A stretch of DNA of 64,000 nt from Heteronotia binoei (Eukaryota): assembly GCF_032191835.1 (NCBI RefSeq), contig NC_083237.1:11532001-11596000 (forward strand), read 5' to 3'. Every line of letters starts with the position of its first letter. The stretch's first letter is position 1. Shown here in pieces: positions 33,901 to 44,700 of this stretch. A program made the translations under genes and the position numbers. The notes below the pieces were generated by a model. The model did not search any database, had not been told where the DNA came from, and saw only the letters and a list, made by a program, of their open reading frames with translations.

Positions 33901-34632
33901 CTAGGACATTTTACATGCCAAGGGTCAAACTTCCCATTGGGACTCTCACACAGACAGTCTGTCTCCACTTAGATAAGCAAAAATGATGATAATTTGAAAG
34001 GGGAATGCTGGTTCTGTACTGATGAAAACACCTTCTTCTGAAATTGGCTTTGTAGATGACTGATTTCTATCCTCACATAAGTTAATCAGAAGATTCCAAC
34101 CAATATGATAAGGGAGACGGAGCACCTTTCTTTTGAGGAAAGGCTGAAGTGCCTGGGTGTTTACAGTTCAGAAATGAGACAACAAAGAGGGAACATGATA
34201 AATTACGCGTGAGGTGGAGTGACAAAGAGATTTTTGTCTCCCCTCCCGATGCTCCCTCTAAATTAGTTTGCTCTGGGGCCATTTTTCCTGAAGTAAGACA
34301 AAAATGTGTGAGGCAGAGGCTAAAAAAACCCTGTGAGCTAGGTCATATGAAGCTGCCTTATACTGAATCAGACCCTTGGTCCATCAAAGTCAGTATTGTC
34401 TTCTCAGACTGGCAGCGGCTCTCCAGGGTCTCAAGCTGAGGTTTTTCACACCTACTTGCCTGGACCCTTTTTGGAGATGTCGGGGATTGAACCTGGGACC
34501 TTCTGCTTACGAAGCAGATGCTCTACCACTGAGCCACCGTCCCTCTAACTTGACTTAGAGGGAACACTGCCCCCTCTGAACATATTGAAATTTAGGGCAT
34601 CTAATGCAGATGATGGACAGTATATTCAGGAT
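30986..34632 (+). repeat. ~865-bp tandem repeat, 4 units
   Basis: Unit starts at 30986, 31849, 32717 and 33585. Confidence 0.93.
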
Positions 34633-35294
34633 GGACAAAATGAAATACAAAGATGGATTAAAATGTGGGATTTGATGCTGGAGAATGTAGCGATGGCCTC
34701 AGACACAGACAGCTTTAAAAGAGGATTAGAGTGGTTTAGAGGATTAGAGGTTTATCAGTGGCTGCCAGCTGTAGTAATTAAAGGGAACCTCTGCATTCAG
34801 AGGCAGTAAACATCTAAATACGAGTTCCAGGAGGCAACATCATGGGAAGCCACAGCCTCTGTGCCCTGATGCGGGACCTCCGGAACTGGTTGGCCACTGT
34901 GCGAGACAGGATGCTGGTCTTGATGGGCCATTGGCCCGAGCCGCAAGGGCTCTTAATCCGATTTCGCTATAGGAAGCCAGATCAGAAACATTCCTTGTAG
35001 ATAAAGATATACTACATTATGATTAGCATTGCAGTACCCATTCCCATCCCTTGCAAATGATTGGCATTTCGAACACATAAACTTATGCCTCCTATTGAAT
35101 CTTGTGCTGTGTTGGGAGGAATCTGTGATGAGGACTGGTGTTCCATTCATGTTCTGTGTCCCTGTATATATCTTAATTATGTCACCTATGATCATGTTTA
35201 TTCAATTGCAAAAGCAGACAGTGAAAATAGAACAGGTAACATTTCTTACCGCAAAAATTGATTACTCTGCATTATTTTTAGGAAGCTGTTCGAA

Positions 35295-36242
35295 ATGGCA
35301 AATGGGACCAGAGTGAAGGAATTCATACTCTTGGGCTTGACTGATGACTATAAGCTTAAAATCTTGATATTTCTCCTACTGTTCAGCACATATATGTTGA
35401 CCATCATGGGAAACTTACTCGTTATTGCAATCACACTGGTGGACCATCGTCTCTATACCCCAATGTATTTCTTCCTACGGCATGTTGCATTTGTGGAGAT
35501 TGGTTACACCACCACCATCATTCCCAAAGCATTGGCCAATATGGCTACGGGCCAGAAAACGATCTCTGTAGCTGCTTGCTTCACCCAGAGTTACCTATGC
35601 TTCAGCCTGGGAACTACAGAGTTCTTTCTGCTGGCAGTAATGTCTGTGGACAGGTATGTGGCTGTCTGCAACCCCCTCCGCTACTCAACCATAATGAATG
35701 ATCGAATCTGTTCATTGTTAGTGCTTTGCTGTTGGATTGTAGGATTTTTGCTAATTTTCGGTCCAGCAGTTGCGTTATTCCAGATGTCATTTTGTGGCTC
35801 AAATACCATCAACCATTTTTTCTGTGACAATGGACCTTTACTCAAGCTTGTTTGTGCAGACACAAATCTAGTGGAACTCATGTCTTTCCTGTCGGCTATA
35901 CTGTCTCTCATTGGGACCTTGGCAGTAAATCTTGTGTCCTATGGCCATATTATTTTTAGCGTCTTGCGCATCCCGTCAACTGCAGGGAGGCAGAAGGCCT
36001 TCTCCACTTGCTCCTCGCACATCATTGTGGTCTCCATCGCATACGGCAGTTGCATTTTCTTGTATGTAAAGCCAAAAGGCACAAGCAGGGTAGACTTCAG
36101 CAAGTCAGTGGCTGTCCTTAACATGATTATATCCCCTCTTCTTATCCCATTCATATATTGCCTGAGGAACAAACAAGTGAAGGATGCCTTAATAGGTATC
36201 TTTAGAAAGGGACTTGTGCTCTGGAAGAATGCAAGACGATAG
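35295..36242 (+). CDS. Olfactory receptor, intact (315 aa), triplicate copy 2
   Basis: Same motifs; 13 aa differences from copy 1 by eye. Confidence 0.96.
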   Translation: MANGTRVKEFILLGLTDDYKLKILIFLLLFSTYMLTIMGNLLVIAITLVDHRLYTPMYFFLRHVAFVEIGYTTTIIPKALANMATGQKTISVAACFTQSYLCFSLGTTEFFLLAVMSVDRYVAVCNPLRYSTIMNDRICSLLVLCCWIVGFLLIFGPAVALFQMSFCGSNTINHFFCDNGPLLKLVCADTNLVELMSFLSAILSLIGTLAVNLVSYGHIIFSVLRIPSTAGRQKAFSTCSSHIIVVSIAYGSCIFLYVKPKGTSRVDFSKSVAVLNMIISPLLIPFIYCLRNKQVKDALIGIFRKGLVLWKNARR

Positions 36243-38166
36243 GAGACATCAACGTGAAAACTAAAGTTAATATTTCTTTATCTATGTATTTATTTGTATC
36301 AACCACCCTCCCTAATAGAACCAAACTCATGGTAGCATACAACATGTCCATATAAAATATCAAATAAAAACGGGTGGGTGCCATAGAGCAGCCGCGGAGA
36401 TTGGCCACACCCCATTTCCTCAAATGAAACCATGAGGGGTTGAATGAGCCTATTAAGATATGGCGCAGGAGATCTAGCCAATCGGGGAGGTGACGAGCTG
36501 GCCAGGTAGAGGGGCAAATGCCATTACCGGATCAGTCTCTTCCAAAGCAAGACCATGTGAGATTAGCTAGTCGTCGGTTATGGGACTGAGCAGGAATTTT
36601 TTGGGTCTCACTCTGATTGGCCATAGAGGGGACCTTTTTTTGCCTGCTCCACATGGTCAAAGGGGGTGAGGCATAAATAGGCCTGGTGTCACTGGTTAGG
36701 CCCTGACTGGGAAGGAGGGAAAAGCACGTGTTAAAAGAATTTGGAACTGGCAAGCACCCTGAGATATCAGCTATGGAGGGTGGTCCTCAGTTGGGCTGCT
36801 TAGAGGCTTGGCAGTCCGGGTAGCTTGGTTGGGGGCCTCTTTTGGGTTGGGGAAGCATACGACCAGCCCTAAGGCTTCGCAGTCGTTGATCGGGGGTATG
36901 TGCGTCATCCCCTTTACGTACTGGTGTGCGGGCCATGACGGGTCTGGAAGTTTCTGGATCTGGCCCGAGCCGGGGTGGATTTGCCCTGTCAGAAAGCTTG
37001 CTTTGCAAGCTCAAGGCAACCAGTGCTTTATGATGTATGTAATGGTGCAGATCAGCTGTTGTGTAAATAAAGACCCAGTTTAACCCATAACTTGTGTGGT
37101 GTTTCATTTGAAGGGTGGGTGGGCAACAGCAATCTAACAAAAGATGACACAAAAAGGCTAACAGAAGCACTATCTCATTGATGGAAAAGGGCAGGGAGGT
37201 GGGTGTGCCCAGGGCTTTTTTTTTAAGCTGGAATTTCTTTGCATATTAGGCTACACCCTCAGATGTAGCCAATCCTCCAAGAGCTTACAGTAGGCCCTGT
37301 AAGAAGAGCCCTATAAGCTCTTGAAGGATTGACTACATCAGAGGGATGTAACCTAATATGCAAAGGAATTCCTGCCACAAAGAAAGCCCTAAGTGTGCCA
37401 AGTTGAAATTGTTGCTGTCCTCAACCAAACATGACATTGATATGAAAATTCGACACTACTGCGGGGTGGGGTGGGGTGGGATGTTAACATGTGTGACTTT
37501 CCAGACTTTTTGAATCCCTTCTAATGTATTTGGTTCTCCTCAGGGACTAATTTTACCTCATTTCTTTGTTACATAACTTCTTTTTAAAAGACATGTGTGG
37601 TGGACCGTTCTTTGGAAGCTGTTTAGAAGTGCTGTACCAACGATTAAATTACTGTGAAGGGTTGAGTCACAAAATTCTGTTAATTCCGTGAATTAACTCT
37701 TCACAGTCCTTTAGTTGTTGGTACAGCACTTCTAAGCCTTTTAAAAATGCAGTCCATCACAACATATGTTAGACTACTACGACATGTGGGGGTTTTTTTT
37801 CAAAAAATCCAGCCTTAAACTCAATCCGATTTGTCTCCAAATCGCTTTGAACATGAAGTGCTGATTATGAAATGCTGAGATATTTGCAAAAGATGCCCGA
37901 TGATGCGATACTGAATTTGAATTATACAGTTTATGAATCAGCTCTTATGGATGGCTTCTGCTAATGGTGGGGCCTTCTTCCACCCGTAGAGGACATGCTT
38001 TCATAGGTGGAAGGCTTTTTACACTAGAGGAACACTTCATCCATAATGGAATGGATCTATGGCATTCAAACTTATATTTGGAGCATTCATTATTGGTCAT
38101 TGTTATGATCTTTGTCAGCTACATTTCAACACATCAAATCTCCAGATGTGGTCAAATAATCTAAAC

Positions 38167-38504
38167 CAGTGGTGCAAACATGCGGCTGGGGGGCTGAATC
38201 AGGCACCCAGAGGACTCGTATCAGCTCCCCGAACAATTGGCTGTCATCTGCTTCCTTCTCCCTCTCTCTTGCTTCCTTCTTCATCACAGCTTGCTTTGCC
38301 AAACTGACTCAATTGCACAGTAGAGCTACTGAGCCAAGCCTCTCTTCCTTCTGTTGGCTGACGATCCTTCCCCTCCTGGACCCCTGGGAAAGGAAAGAAA
38401 GAGCCATAGCTTCCTTTGCTCAGTTCCCTGGATCGCATGAGAGAGATAGAACAAAAGCACCATTAAGACCGACAAGTGCTAATGTTTTAAGCATTAATGT
38501 TTTT
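38167..38504. mobile_element. One-ended hAT-like element (CAGTGGTG(T)CAAAC end); paralogues at 51994-52331 and, truncated, 29014-29090
   Basis: hAT-type terminus; its far side is fused directly to an OR fragment. Confidence 0.6.
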
Positions 38505-38639
38505 AAGTCAGTGGCTGTCCTTAACAAGGTGATAACACCTCTTGTAGTCCCGTTCGTATATTGCCTGAGGAACAAGTGAAGGATGCCTTAAGGTGTCTTT
38601 AGACAGGGACTTGCTTTCTGGAAGAATGCAAGATGATAG
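38505..38639 (+). pseudogene. OR 3' relic (TM7 to stop, 4-bp deletion) with 3' flank homology
   Basis: aagtcagtggctgtccttaac...tattgcctgaggaacaagtgaaggatgcc matches the end of the 26187 gene (aacaaacaagtg shortened to aacaagtg). Confidence 0.88.
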
Positions 38640-38774
38640 GAGACATCAACGTGAAAACTAAAGTTAAAATTTATTTATTTGTTTACTTAAATTTAAAAAC
38701 CACCCTCCCCAGTAGAACCAGGCTCATGGTAGCATACAACATGATTATATAAGATATAAAATAAAACAGTTTAA

Positions 38775-39056
38775 AAGAAGAAGAAGAAAAGAGATTGTAT
38801 TTATACCCCACCCTTCGCTAGCAAACGGAGTCTCAAAATGGCTTACAATCTTCTTTCCGTTCCCCTCCCCACAACAGACATCCTGTGAGGTAGGTGGGGC
38901 TGTGAGAGCTCTCCCAGAACTGCTCTTGAGCAGAACCGCCTTGAGAGAACTTGTGGCTGACCCAAGGTCACATCAGCACGTGCATGTGGAGGAGTGGGGA
39001 ATCAAACGCAGTTCTCCCAGATAAGTGTTTGTTCATTTAACCACTTCACCAAACCG
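38775..39056 (-). mobile_element. Squam3-type SINE (paralogue ~52600-52882)
   Basis: (GAA)n tail then gatttatacccc... ending accacttcaccaaa. Confidence 0.8.
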
Positions 39057-39405
39057 GTAAAACAATAAAAACAGAGGTCTAACTAACACTCACACAAAAA
39101 GCCCAACAGCACTGTTGCCTCATGGAAGGGAAATGGCAGGGAGGTGGGTGTGGCAAGATGGGACCATCTCAGCCTCAACCAAGTCTTAACATCAACATGA
39201 AATTTCAACACTACTGTGGGGAGATTACAGCTCCTTCCCAGTGGCAGGCTGAACAGCCATGCCTATGGGGGCCGATTTTGCCTCTTCGAGTAGCAGGAAG
39301 AGAGGGCAGGACATTATGGGAACTGGGGGTGGAGCCAGCACACCTTAACGGTTGGCTCCACTCCCACTCTCAGTCCTCGCTTCATGCTCGGCCCACCCTC
39401 CCGCC

Positions 39406-39935
39406 TAGGGTTGCCAAGTCCAATTCCAGAAATAACTGGGGGCTTTGGGGGTGGAGCCAGGAGACTTTGGGGGTGGAGCCAGGAGACATTAAGGGTGGAG
39501 CCAAGATCAAGGCTATGACAAGCATAATTGAACTCCAAAGGGAGTTCTGGCCATCACATTTAAAGGGACGGCACACCTTTTCAATGCCTTCCTTCCATAG
39601 GAAATAATGAAGGATAGGGGCACCTTCTTTTGGGGCTCATAGAATTGGACCCCCTGGTCCAATCTTTTTGAAACTTTAGAGGTATTTTATGGAGAGGCAC
39701 TAGATGCTATACTGAAAATTTGGTGCCTCTACCCCAAAAAACAGGCCCCCCAGAGCCCCGGATACCCGCAGATCAATTCTCCATGATTTTCTATGGGAAT
39801 AAATCTCCATAGGGAATAATGGAGTTCCCAGCAGACATTTCCCTCCCCTCCCCCCGCTTTCTGACAACCCTGAAGCAGGGGGAGGGCCTCCAAACCGGGG
39901 GATCCCCTGCCCCCACCTGGGGATTGGCAACCCTA
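39406..39935. mobile_element. Complete non-autonomous hAT MITE
   Basis: TIRs tagggttgccaa / ttggcaacccta with a perfect 8-bp TSD ctcccgcc. Confidence 0.92.
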
Positions 39936-40680
39936 CTCCCGCCCTTGGTGCAATGTGGGCGATTGCTGATTGCTCTTATTTCCTGGGTACTGGGTAGAAT
40001 TTTTTCACCTCTTCCTGTTTGGCTTTTGGATGGGGTGTTTTTCGCCTATCTCACACTGCTTACAGAAGGGATTGTGAATTTGGCCAGGGTGTGGCCTGTT
40101 TAAGTAGGCTGGTCACCTCATAGGTTGGCAGGGTTTGTACCTAACTTCCGCTATGCAGCTCGGTGAGCACCATTAGCACCCCAGTTTGGGGGCTTGGGGT
40201 CTAGCTAAATCATTCCTTGGCCATGCGGCCTGGTTGAGTGATGAAGCGGACTGCCTTGGGTTTGCCTGGATTGATCCTCCCTTCAGCCGCACGGCTGGTG
40301 ATGGAACTCCAGGGCATAACCTTTGCTATGCCAGCCTGTGCTCTTCTGCCAAGCTTTCAATAACTAAAATGGGATACTGCCACAAGAGTGACATAATCTG
40401 AATCACCTAAAGCACAGGCCTGATCCTAGGATTTTATATGGGACAACTGGTTGTAACAGCTGACACTGAAATCAGATACAGAATGGGCAGCTATACGCCA
40501 TCGTGCACTACCATTCTAAGACTATTGTTCGTTGTTGTTGTTCAGTCGCATTTAACTGCTTAACATGGAATCAATAAAAGGGATCTGATAAGCGATTTTG
40601 AAATGGCAGGTGAGGCTTTCAGAATTTGGATGCCTCTTTTCAGCCTGTTATATTCGTTCATGGAAGTTAAATAGAACAGG

Positions 40681-41062
40681 AATAATAATAATAAGAAGAT
40701 ATTGGATTTCTATCCCGCCCTCCACTCCGAAGAGTCTCAGAGCGGCTCACAATCTCCTTTCCCTTCCTCCCCCACAACAGACACCGTGTGAGGTAGATGA
40801 AGATATTGGATTTCTATCCCGCCCTCCACTCCGAAGAGTCTCAGAGCGGCTCACAATCTCCTTTACCTTCCTCCCCCACAACAGACACCCTGTGAGGTGG
40901 GTGGGGCTGGAGAGGGCTCCCACAGCAGCTGCCCTTTCAAGGACAACCTCTGCCAGAACTATGGCTGACCCAAGGCCATGCTAGCAGGTGCAAGTGGAGG
41001 AGTGGGGAATCAAACCCGGTTCTCCCAGATAAGAGTCCGCACACTTCACCACTACACCAAAC
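40681..41062 (-). mobile_element. Squam3-type SINE with its 3' ~104 bp duplicated
   Basis: gaagatattggatttctatcccgcc starts at 40695 and again at 40799. Confidence 0.85.
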
Positions 41063-41648
41063 AGGTAATTAAGAGTGGGCTAAAGAGATTGTTTGTTTTT
41101 TTATCTACCTAAAAATAAGCAAGTGTGGGAGAGGAGGTAGTTATCGTATATTAACTGGTGATTTTCAGAGTAATACGAAAACAGGACTTACAGTCTCCAA
41201 AACTCTTTAAAGAATTTTAAATGTTCAAAGTAGATTAAAAGTTACTTTGGGCAAATTTTTAATAAGACAGGCAACACAAACATTTTGCAGTTTTAAGGAT
41301 CTGCTCCTGATATTTCCGATAAGAGAAACTGTTTATAATGAAATAGACAGAATACTATGGGGTTTTTTTGGTTTTCTTTTTCTCTCTCTGCTAAAAACAA
41401 GTAAATTAGTATTAAGAATAAAAGAACTACGTTTATCTTGTATGCTTATGAAAACTGTTAACTCTGTTAAACCAATTAGTTAGCTTCCCCCCCCCCTAAT
41501 ATTGCTAAATTTAACCAGTTAACTCTGTTTCATGATTGATTTCTCTACTTTTCTCACTTGTATGTGCTGAAGATGAATAGTTTAGACTTATATTTTAAAC
41601 TATAGAATAGTAAAAAGTATATAATAAAATAAGAAGACTGTAGAATTA

Positions 41649-41748
41649 CTCCTCTCACTTTCTCATGGTCACCTTGCTGTGTAGCAGCTGTATCTTTGTG
41701 TACAGCCAGCCATGGCAAAAAGGATACCTTGAGTTTCACTAGGAGGTC
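41649..41748 (+). pseudogene. Short OR relic (TM6-ECL3) paralogous to the 18719 gene
   Basis: Reads SSHFLMVTLLCSSCIFVYSQPWQKGYLEFH* versus SSHFLIVTLLYGSCIFVYIQPQQERYLEFQK in the 18719 OR. Confidence 0.8.
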
Positions 41749-43521
41749 CCATGTGATTTTGGTAGTGTTATGTGCTATGTGTGGGATGGCCTCCAACTGA
41801 CTGCACTGAAGTGAACAAATGCAGAAGTGAAGTACTTTGGGGCCTGGTAAAAGAAATCAACTTAGGCACATGTTGATGGGATCTGGAGAGGAAAGACAGG
41901 ATTTGGAATATTGATTTGGGTGTTTTAGGTGCCATGGAAGATGTACATGAGACCCTGGAATTATTTGTGCTTTGGAAAGAGCGGTCTTTGCAGTGTTTGT
42001 GTGTGTGTGTTTTAACCTGAACCTGAACCCGTAAATGCCCTATCCAAAATGAGGTAATCAAAGTAAATATTTGCTTCCTGAAGCACAGATGCAAAAACAT
42101 AATGATTTGTCTTTTGTTCTTGATACAGCCCCCTTTTGTTGCACTATGCTGACATTCGCAACTCTCATGAAGGACAGTGTCTGTGAGTGGCTTGTTGCCA
42201 TAGTGACTAGAGGGCATCTCCACGTTCGGAGTCAGCAACCAACTGAATACGGGTGCCAGAAGACAACACTGGGGAAAACCTCAGCCTCTAGTCCCTCATG
42301 GTCCTCCTTGGAAATGAGTTGGCGGCTATATGAGACAGGATGCTGGATTAAAATGGAACCTATGGTCTGTTCCAACAGTCTCTTCTTCTGTTCTTTGCCC
42401 ACACGAGGAATTCCAGCTTTGAATAATCACTATTGCCCATGACAGAACAATATTAATATCCAACAAAGAGTGTGTGCCACCTAAACACAATGGGACTAAT
42501 TTCCTATACTGAAGTCTTAATATTGCAAATCTAATTTCTTATACTGCAATCCTAGTTACTGAAGTCTAAGTCCAGTGATTTCAATAGGCTTACTGTACAG
42601 TGACCCTGCTTGGGTTGACACTATTAGACAGCAATCCTAACCAGCTCTACTGGAAAGTAAGTACCATGACATTCACCTGAGCTCACTCCCAAGAAAGCAT
42701 GTTTCGTATTGCAGCCTTAAGATTCAGGTTTGCTTTTACAGTATCCCTGGCTTGTATTCCTAATGAACTGTCCTCAGTGTGCATCAATTATGCTCCCAAT
42801 TGATGATGCAATGACAGCTGCGTAAGCACACACACCCCTCCACTTTTGCACACACTCTCCCACTTCCAAGGCCTTTTCCATTTCTCCCTTAAAAAAAAAA
42901 AGGTTCCTCTACCTACACCTGCTGTCTTGCCAAGCGGAGTTCTACTGCTATGTCTTGTGCAAGTGGAAACACATACTTCAAATATAATAATGTTTTCATA
43001 GTGCAAACCTAATTAGAGGAGGGAAAAAATGCATTTTCGCTAGGACAAGAGTGCATGCAATTGCAGAAGAGGGCCATAGAATACAGGTCCTTGTGCTTTG
43101 TCTCTTGGTCCACCTATCTGAACCCGCCCTGCTTCTAACATCATAACCTCGGATGGAATGTGGTACTAAGATCCTTCATTCCTATTTGCAGTAATTCTAA
43201 ATATATGCATCAGCCCCCCACCCTTCAAAGCATAGTGTTCACAGAAGCCTTCATGTACTGTGGATTGTCACCATTCACATCAATGGAAGGACAAGCTAAG
43301 CATTTTTAAAATTATCATTATGCCGTTTATTCCCACTATCGATCCCATCATTGCCAGGCACTGTAGAAGGAGATTTGTCAGAACAATGATGTTTTTCTTA
43401 TAAATCTGATACATTCTTTTTGACCAATGTATGAACTTTTTCTTCCTTGTATGTTTAAACAGTATGTGACCTCAGATTTCTCAAAAATCCTTCTGCGCCT
43501 ACTGTGACTTTCTATTCTTTT

Positions 43522-43945
43522 CTCCCTTTCTCACAACACGAGAACTCGTGGACATTCAATGAAATTGTTGAGCGGTCAGGTTAGAATGGATAAAAGGGAA
43601 TACTTCTTCACCCAAAGGGTGATTAACACATGGAATTCACTGCCACAGGAGGTGGTGGTGACTACAAGCACAGACAGCTTCATGAGGGGATTGGATAAAA
43701 ATATGGAGCAGAGGTCCATCAGTGGCTATTAGCCACAGCATATTATTGGAACTGTCTGGGGCAGTGATACTCTGTATTCTTGGTGCTTGTGGGGGGGCAC
43801 AGTGGGAGGGTTTCTAGTGTGCTTGCCTTCCTGATGGCACTTGCCTTTCTGATGGCACTTGGGTTTTTTGGCCACTGTGTGACACAGAGTGTTGGACTGG
43901 ATGGGACTTTGGCCTGATCCAACATGGCATCTCTTATGCTCTTAT
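43522..43945 (+). mobile_element. CR1 3' fragment (paralogue ~56083-56510)
   Basis: CR1 ORF2 end and 3'UTR. Confidence 0.9.
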
Positions 43946-44175
43946 GATGACCATCCATTTGGTTACATTAGTGTTACATTCTGTTACTTTAGTGTTTGCA
44001 CTGCTTATACACAAATATTTGAGCCTGAAGGTCCTCCTGTCATAGAACTGAAGCATCTATGAAAGTCTTGGGAACATAAAGAGCCATTCCATTTTCATGA
44101 GTTTGATTTTCAATATACAGATTGCATTTGGAAGGGAATGCACAAGGACTTTCAACTCTAAAGTAGCATCAAGCC

Positions 44176-44700
44176 TAGGCTTCCCAACCCTCCCGCCATG
44201 GCGGGGGACCCCCGGATTTCCACCCTCTTCCAACACTCCCCAAAAAAATGGAAGCGGGGGGAGAGAGGGGAAATGGCACCGGGGAGCATGGCGAGCCACC
44301 TGATCCTAGAGCGGGCAAGGCCACCGCGCTGCACCGCTACCGCCCCCCTCCCCGCCCACCACAGCTTCTCCTCCGAGATGGGCCCATGCTAAGGCCATCT
44401 TGGAGGAGAAGCCAAGAGGCGGCAGCAGCGCAGGGGAAAGCGAGGCAGGCCAGGAGCATGGCGAGCCGTGAATCCGGGCCCTTCTAGGACACGGACTTGC
44501 GGCTTGCCATGCCCCCAGCCCGCCTCCACCCCCTCCTCTGCTTCCACCCCAGAGGCGGAGCGGGCGAGGCCGCCGCGCCACCTCTTCTCTGCTCGTGGCT
44601 GCTCCTCCCAGATGGGCTCAGGCTGAGCCCATCTCGGAGGAGCAGCCACGAGCAGAGAAGAGGCTGCCGCGCCACTGCCACCTCTTCTCCGCTCGCCGTG
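44176..44700. mobile_element. One-ended GC/CpG-rich hAT element at the X/Y duplication junction
   Basis: Starts with the TIR variant taggcttcccaaccctcccgcc (same end as 57860-57881 reverse complement and 53146); truncated at ctcgccgtg. Confidence 0.8.

Larger units (their letters stand above)
29091..38243 (+). repeat. OR-containing duplication unit, copy 2 (9.15 kb)
   Basis: Collinear with 21726-29090; longer because it has two extra ~865-bp units. Confidence 0.93.
21054..44175 (+). repeat. Segmental duplication block X (paralogous to 44701-56742)
   Basis: Collinear high identity from cttaaag.gtgtgagtggtcc (21054 / 44702) to agcatca(g)agcc (44175 / 56742), apart from the internal repeat and indels described under findings. 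Confidence 0.92.

Noticed and set aside
41130-41400. Possible L1 ORF1 remnants (also ~17800-18130)
   Set aside because: Only faint, frameshifted motif resemblance; not supportable without a profile search.
44176-44700. CpG island or promoter
   Set aside because: The CpG richness is confined to a transposon body shared with 53146-53737.
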